53,728 bases of DNA from Catajapyx aquilonaris (Eukaryota): contig KZ538687.1 in NCBI GenBank assembly GCA_000934665.2, forward strand, positions 1-53,728, read 5' to 3'. Below, one piece after another: positions 47,164-53,728 of the stretch (position 1 is its first letter; every line of letters starts with the position of its first letter). A program made the translations under genes and the position numbers. Under the pieces are notes generated by a model that ran no database searches, was not told where the DNA came from, and saw nothing but the letters and a program-made list of their open reading frames with translations.

Positions 47164-49293
47164 TTAATCAGCATGATCCCACTCGATTGGGCAGAATCCC
47201 GGCCCATTCGGAGGCTGCACTGGATGTCCCCGGGCGACCATGCGGCATCGGTGCTCCTCCAGTCGCTTCTCCGCATCGTCCATGTCCGTCGTATCCTTGC
47301 TGGACCACAGACGTTCAGCCACCGAACTAGCTCGGGGCCAGAGTCTCGGAGTCAAGTTCGAGGCGTCTACGAACTCGCCCCACATGCAAGCCTCTCCGCC
47401 TAGAACCAACCGGTTCTGCGACTCAGTCCCGTTGAAATCATGCGGGTCGCACTGGTAGAACGCATGCCAATCGGCGCCGTACGAGAAGTCACTGAGGTAC
47501 CAGCAAGCGGACAGGATCGTCTGGTAACCCATGCCCGTCACCTGCAAATTTTCCGTTAGTAACGTCGGACTGTCAGCCTCGGAATAAATCGAACCTTGTC
47601 CAGCTCCTCTTTGTATCCGTCCTTCCAGACCTCGACTATCGTCTTGTTGTTGACCGTCACATTGTTGTCCACTACTTCCTGCCACACGATGTAGCTGCTG
47701 CCCTGTTCGTCCATAATGTCCACTAATCGCTGGACGTAGTACTGCTCCAGAAGCGAGTAGTCGCCGGTTATGTTACGCTTCTCCATGAAGTTGGTCACTT
47801 GCGGATTGCTTTCCCTGCGGACACAACATTTACGTACAAATGATGCAACAAAAGGACAGTCGACTGAACAATAGCGAACCTTACCAGCACGAAAAGGACA
47901 CCTCGTCTCCTCCGAGATGTATGTACTTGTCTTCAAACAAGTCCCGTGCGTCATGGAAAAACGCTTTCAGGAAATTGAAGTTATCCTCGTTCGTCGGATC
48001 GATCGGTCCGTAAGTTCCGTCCGGCTTCTTCTTCGTGTAACATGGGGTCAGAAGTCCAGGTTGTCCAGGGCCCCAAGACTGCGTGTGACCTGGAGTGTCG
48101 AACTCTGCGATGACTCGTATTCCACGAGCCCTCGCGTAGTTTATAACTTTGGAGATGTTCTCATGGTTGTAGACGTGTGTCACTGGATTGTATGCGCCTT
48201 TTTCACTGGAACGTGAATCGTACATTACAAGTCAGAATCTGTTCATCGGAGAATTGTACTGTACCTTAGTTCGGGAAATGCGCTGCTTTGGTACGGAAAA
48301 GATTGGTCGTCCACCAAATGCCAGTGGAACACGTTAAACTTGTTCATGGCCATCAGATCAAGCGTCTCCAGAATTTTCTTTGTCGGGAGAAAATGTCGGG
48401 CCGTGTCCAACATCACTCCGCGGAACGAAAAACGAGGAAAGTCTTCCACTAGTGTGCTCGGTATTTTCAGCTGGAATAAAAGTCTCATGATTACTCAGCG
48501 ATGTGTCTCGAATAAATGCGCTCGATTTGACGACCGAAGTCATCGCCGAGGCTGAACAATCGATTGTCGCCTCAAACAATATTGCGTTACTCAGCCTCGG
48601 CGAAGATTTCGCTCGTCAAGACGCATTGTTGGCGGACATGTTTACGCATCGATAGTAAATAAAAGCTTACCCCGACGTCATCCGAAGCAGGATACATCAG
48701 CTGCACTATGGTTTCCAATCCTCGCATTATTCCCCACACGGTCTCCGATGTTAAAATCCCGGCTTTCGGCGTATCCGGATTGTTAATCTTGATCTCGTCT
48801 GCGAAAATGCGTACATTAGTGACTGCTTATTAACGAACTAGATGAGCACGCACAGTGTTCGTCCATGTGAGCTGACGGCCACGATTCGCATGGCTGCATC
48901 AGATAAACCTGGATTACGTCCAGATAGCCTTTGAAGTTACGATCCTTCTTCCATGGCTTGTACGCCTTGGGCGTGTCCGCATTTTTGGTCCAAACGTACG
49001 AGCTGATGAGGTCCGTGTAACGTGCGATTGCGCCTCGAAGAAGCGCACAGTCCTTTCCTGTCACCTGCAATGGAGCGGTTAACTAGGCGGAAACCACGTT
49101 ACATGCGACATACCTTGAACTGAAATGCGGATGGCCGGACGATCATGTACCCTTTGTAGTCAACCCGCACTTGCGGCTTGGGCCACGGCTGCCCCTGGGT
49201 GGCCACCACTCTTGGCCCAGGGTTACGTATCTCGTCATTTGTGTAGTAACCAGTTGCCACGCCCAGGCAAAGCAGCACGACGAGGAGCTTCAT
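47164..49293 (-). CDS. Beta-hexosaminidase (GH20), copy B; 7 exons
   Basis: Same exon layout; signal peptide [43 protein letters not shown]. Confidence 0.95.
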
Positions 49294-49574
49294 TGCGACT
49301 GACTCCGGATGCTCCACGCCCATTGTGAAATTCGACCCCATTCTTTTGCAGCCCTGCGCAGATCTCCAGCTGGCACCAAGGCCGGTCTTATCAGACGCAA
49401 AGCTGCTGATCTCTCAACATTGGACAAAGACATGGCAACAGCGTCAAGGTCAACATAGGTACAATCTAGATAAGATATTGGCGATAGATCGATTGATACA
49501 TGTTTATTTACGGTCGTCACACATGTTCGCTACTTCTAATTAATTAGAAAAAACAATTATTTTATGGTAACCAG

Positions 49575-51545
49575 TCAATGATTCCACTCGAACTCACAGA
49601 ACCCGGGTCCGTTCACAGGCTCCACTGGGTACCCCCTGGACAGCAGTCGGCAACGATGCTCCTCCAGCCGCTTCTCCGCGTCCACCGGATCAGTCGTCTC
49701 GTTGCTGGACCAGAGACGTTCAGCCACCGCACTAGCTCGGGGCCAGAGTCTCGGAGTTAAATTCGTGGCATCGACATACTCGCTCCACATGCAGGCTTCA
49801 CCGCCGCGGACCAACTCCTTCTGAGCCGGAGTTCCGAAGAAATCATGCGGATCGCACTCGTAAAAAGAGTGCCAGTCGATTCCGTACGAGATGTAGTTCA
49901 GGTACCAGCATGACGAGAGGATCGCTTGATAGCCCATACTTGTCACCTGAAAACCATAATGTCCATGTGAAGCCATCGGTATAAGTCGTGGCTATCCAAA
50001 CCTTGTTCAGCTCATATTTGTATCCGCCTTTCCAAATGTGGACAATTGTCTTGTTGTCAATATCGACGCCATTGTCTACGACCTCCTGCCAAACTAAATA
50101 ATCGCTGCCTTGGTCCGCAATGATATCGACTAGCCGCTGGATGTAATACTCCTCCAGCATTGTGTAGTCGCCCGTAAAATTGTGCGCCTCCATAAACTTC
50201 CGTACGTCCGGGTTGCTCTCCCTGTAACGAAAGTTACCTGTACGTTACGTCGGATAATACATGACCGATACTTACCAGCACATGAACGAAACTTCGTCTC
50301 CACCCAGATGCATGTATTTATCCGGAAAGACCTGTCGGACCTCATGGAAAAAATCTCGTAGAAACCGAAAGTTCCGCTCGTTCGTCGGATCGATCGGTCC
50401 GTATGTTCCGTCCGGCTTCTGTCCATCGTAACATGGCGTAAGTAGTCCAGGTTGTCCAGGACCCCAAGACTCGGTGTGGCCTGGAGTGTCGAATTCCGGA
50501 ATGACTCGTATCCCACGAACTCTTGCGTATTCAATCACCTCGGAGACGTTCTCTCGCGAGTAGATGTGCGTTACGGGGTTAAACGCACCTTTGCCACTGG
50601 AAGTTAAAGCACATTGCGGTGAGAATGTTCGTACAACTCGAAGTGTACTTACCTCAAGTTCGGAAAGGTGCTGCTCTGATACGGAAACGACTGATCGTCC
50701 ACCAAATGCCAGTGAAACACATTAAACTTGTTCATCGCCATCAGCTCGATCGTCTCAAGTATTTTCCGGACAGGCAGGTAATGACGGGAAGTGTCCAGCA
50801 TCAGTCCGCGGTACGGAAAGCGAGGGAAATCCTCGACCATCACGCTGGCTACCTTCAACTACATTCGGAAACAATTAATTAATCAGTGGCAATGTACCAG
50901 CTACTTACTCCAACACCGTCCGGAGCCGGAACCATAAGTTGTACTAAAGTTTCCAATCCGCGTATGATGCCCCATACGGACTCGGCAGTCAAAACAGCAG
51001 CTTGCGGCACATCCGGATTGTTAATCTTAATCACATCTGCAACATAACCAGCATTAGTTAAACATCGTTGAGGTAATAATTACGAACCATACAATGCTCG
51101 TCCATGTACAGTTCAGGCCATTCGTCACACTTTCGCATCAACCGGACTTCAACAGTGTCCAAGTAGCCTCGAAAGTCCGGATCCTTCTTCCAGGGCTTGT
51201 ACTCGTAGGTACTTTTCGGTGCGGTGAATGAAACGATGAGATGCATGTATCGCTTCAGGGCGTCTCGCAGAATCTTGCAGTCGGCTCCGGTCACCTACGA
51301 ATAGATTATGAGTAGGACACGATTGCGATGAAGTTCGTACGTACCTTAAACTGAAACGTGGACGGCCTGACTATCATGTAACCTTGGTAGTCGAACATGT
51401 ATTGCGGCTTAGGCCACGGCTGTCCTTTAGTCGGAACCATAGTCGATCCAGGGCCTCTAAATTTCGCTTGTAGTTCCTCCTCGGTGTAATACCCGACCGA
51501 AATGTGCAGGAGACACGCTCCCAACAGTACAGCTGTAACCTTCAT
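49575..51545 (-). CDS. Beta-hexosaminidase (GH20), copy C; 7 exons
   Basis: Same exon layout; signal peptide [46 protein letters not shown]. Confidence 0.95.
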
Positions 51546-52093
51546 TGCGACAACATACACTGTGCCACGCAAACAACTTCCCTTTTTATTCCCCGCTTGG
51601 CAGGATGGGAATCATTAAACTCACAAGGTCATTGCCTGGGTGGCCTTCACAGTGTCATCAGCCGTGTGAGGATGGGTCACTCAACCGCAAATTGATAACA
51701 GCGTAAAAATAATATTGATGTCATCCTGTCCGTGGCTCTTAAGAAAATCGAATGTTCAAGAAAGGAAAAATTACATAAACTGTGTGAGAAAATCCGCATT
51801 AAAATATATTATGTACACGATTACGAACTGTGCGAGAAATTAGTTACAAAATTTGCAAATGACGTACCGAATCTGTCAGCTAAATAGTCGCAATCGGGAG
51901 TCAATAAAATCATCACGACTGTTACAAACTCAATTTTTAATGACACACATTTATACATTAGGGCAATGCCGAACAATCCACTTTTTTCTTTTTTAAACAG
52001 CCTTGCCGTTAAAACGAATCTGTTGACATGATTACAATAAGCTCGTTTTGTCCCCCGCTTGTTTTAAAAAGATGCGATTGTTGTACTCACGGC

Positions 52094-53362
52094 TCAGAAG
52101 CCGTACTTAAGTTGGGTCTGCTTACGAGTCACTCTGTTCTGGGCCCACTGGTTCTTCAGCTCCAGCTCACGTTCCTTTGCCTATAGTAAACGGGAAAAAA
52201 ATTAATTAAAATTGAGCACTTACAGCCATCGATTAATTTAATCAAGTTTATGAGTGTGCGCCTGAAAAAATTGATTAATTTAATGAGTCTGTCCCGAATA
52301 GTCGAGTTGCAGCTCACCTCGAAGGCTAAGTAAGTGATCTGATGCTTCCGTCTTTGCTGAGCCGTCGGCCCGCCTTTCTTCTTGTGGCTGTGGCTCCTGG
52401 TCTCCTGCTTCTCTTCAGTCAGCTGCTTCAGAAGCCACTCTTTTGCGTCCGGAATTATGGCGTCCGCGCTGATGTCGATTATGTTGATCTCTTCATTGCG
52501 GCGACGCTTTCCATGCAATCGTAGAATCTGTCGGATAGGACACATTGTGGATGCGGTGTTTAATTTAAGTGGGTTAGACGTACGGCAGCCTCGTCCATTA
52601 TTTCCTCTTCTGGTTCTGGCTGCGGTTGCGACCCGGACGCTCCGGCTTCATCTTCTGACTTGACGGTCACAGGCAGCTGCTTCAGTGTCGGATACTCCAT
52701 CGCCAGCATATCCGGCGGCATCTCCATAACCATATCTGGAGCCGCGTTCAGCGAGAAGAAATCGCCTGATCCGCTAGTCGATGCTTCGTCTGCATCCGGT
52801 TCAGGCTTTTGCGCCTTCGGTTTCGGCGCCGGCTTCTTCGTGAGTGAATACGGGATCAGGGAGGTGGCTCCAGCCTTCTTTTTCGGCGGCGGAAGAACAG
52901 CGAACAAACCCGAACCCTGTAAGAAGCGGGGATGTACAGGTGCATCGGATTAGTGCGGAACGTACCGTCGCTTTTGGTTGCTTCCGCTTCGGCTGGTCGT
53001 CCTCGGCTTTGAACTGAAATTAAAAGGCGGTGTTTCAGTAATGGCATGAGTGCGGTATGTACTGTACGTACCTGCGCTAGTGACGGCACAGTGATTTTAA
53101 CGGGCGCTCTTTTCTTGGGAACAGGCTTGGGGACTTCGACCTCCTCTTCCGGTACGTCCTCCCCCTCTTTCGGTGCCGGGAGTGCCGCAAACATCCCCGG
53201 TTCCTCCTCGTCCGTGTCCTCCTCTTCGGTGTCGTCCTCATTCATATTCTTCGGAGCCGGAAGCGACGCCGAAAGCGGCTTCCGTACTGCCGCAGCAACC
53301 ACAGTCCCCTGCTCCTCATCCTCGCTCTCCTCTCCGCTGCTTCCATACGCAACCAGCGACAT
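52094..53362 (-). CDS. PRCC: Proline-rich protein PRCC homologue; 5 exons
   Basis: N-terminal MSLVAYGSSGEES, LPAPK repeats, and the C-terminal signature RRKHQITYLAFEAKERELELKNQWAQNRVTRKQTQLKYGF-stop. Confidence 0.92.
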
Positions 53363-53728
53363 TATCTGCTGGTCACATATTTTATATTAATTAATTATTA
53401 ATTATTACACATACATTAAACAATCCATTCCGTTCTATGAATGTGACAAGTAGGCCTACCGTTCAGTGCATGAGTACATACTGTGTACTTGTCTATTGCA
53501 TGTGATACTAACTACACACTAATTGGCACACTAATTGGCACAGTAATTTGCTAATCATATTTACCGTTGATTTGATCGAAAGAGACGCAATGGAACAAAA
53601 TGAGTGAATCGTGTTGGCGACACTGGCTGGCTAGGGATGGGACAAAAATCGCTTAGCAGTTTAAAAAAGCTGCTATTTTCAAATAGCTCTGAGCATATTG
53701 CTATTCACTTGATCGCAATAGGCGATTT

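Overview
This is eukaryotic DNA from a compact arthropod-type genome: introns are mostly 50-110 nt, and a Cp190 orthologue points to Pancrustacea. Gene order: TPR/2-TM co-chaperone (+), heme oxygenase (-), a U2 snRNA gene with a remodelled stem I (-), COX16 (+), a TEN1-like OB-fold ORF (+), the ~20 kb trithorax-group methyltransferase ash1 (-), Cp190 (+), a 5'-truncated U2 copy, three tandem DUF4728/LAPTM-like 4-TM genes, three tandem GH20 beta-hexosaminidases (-), and PRCC (-). The most unusual item is the COX16/TEN1 unit. The TEN1-like ORF has no ATG or promoter space of its own and overlaps the COX16 stop (GTGA) in the -1 frame. This suggests a dicistronic or recoded locus, or a fusion hidden by a 1-nt indel. 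ash1 and Cp190 are head-to-head across a spacer holding an AT satellite and a 107-bp array of transcription-factor motifs. Several GC-AG introns and AG|GT recursive-type junctions also stand out. Gene models were spliced by eye and all homology calls are from recognition of motifs, not database searches.
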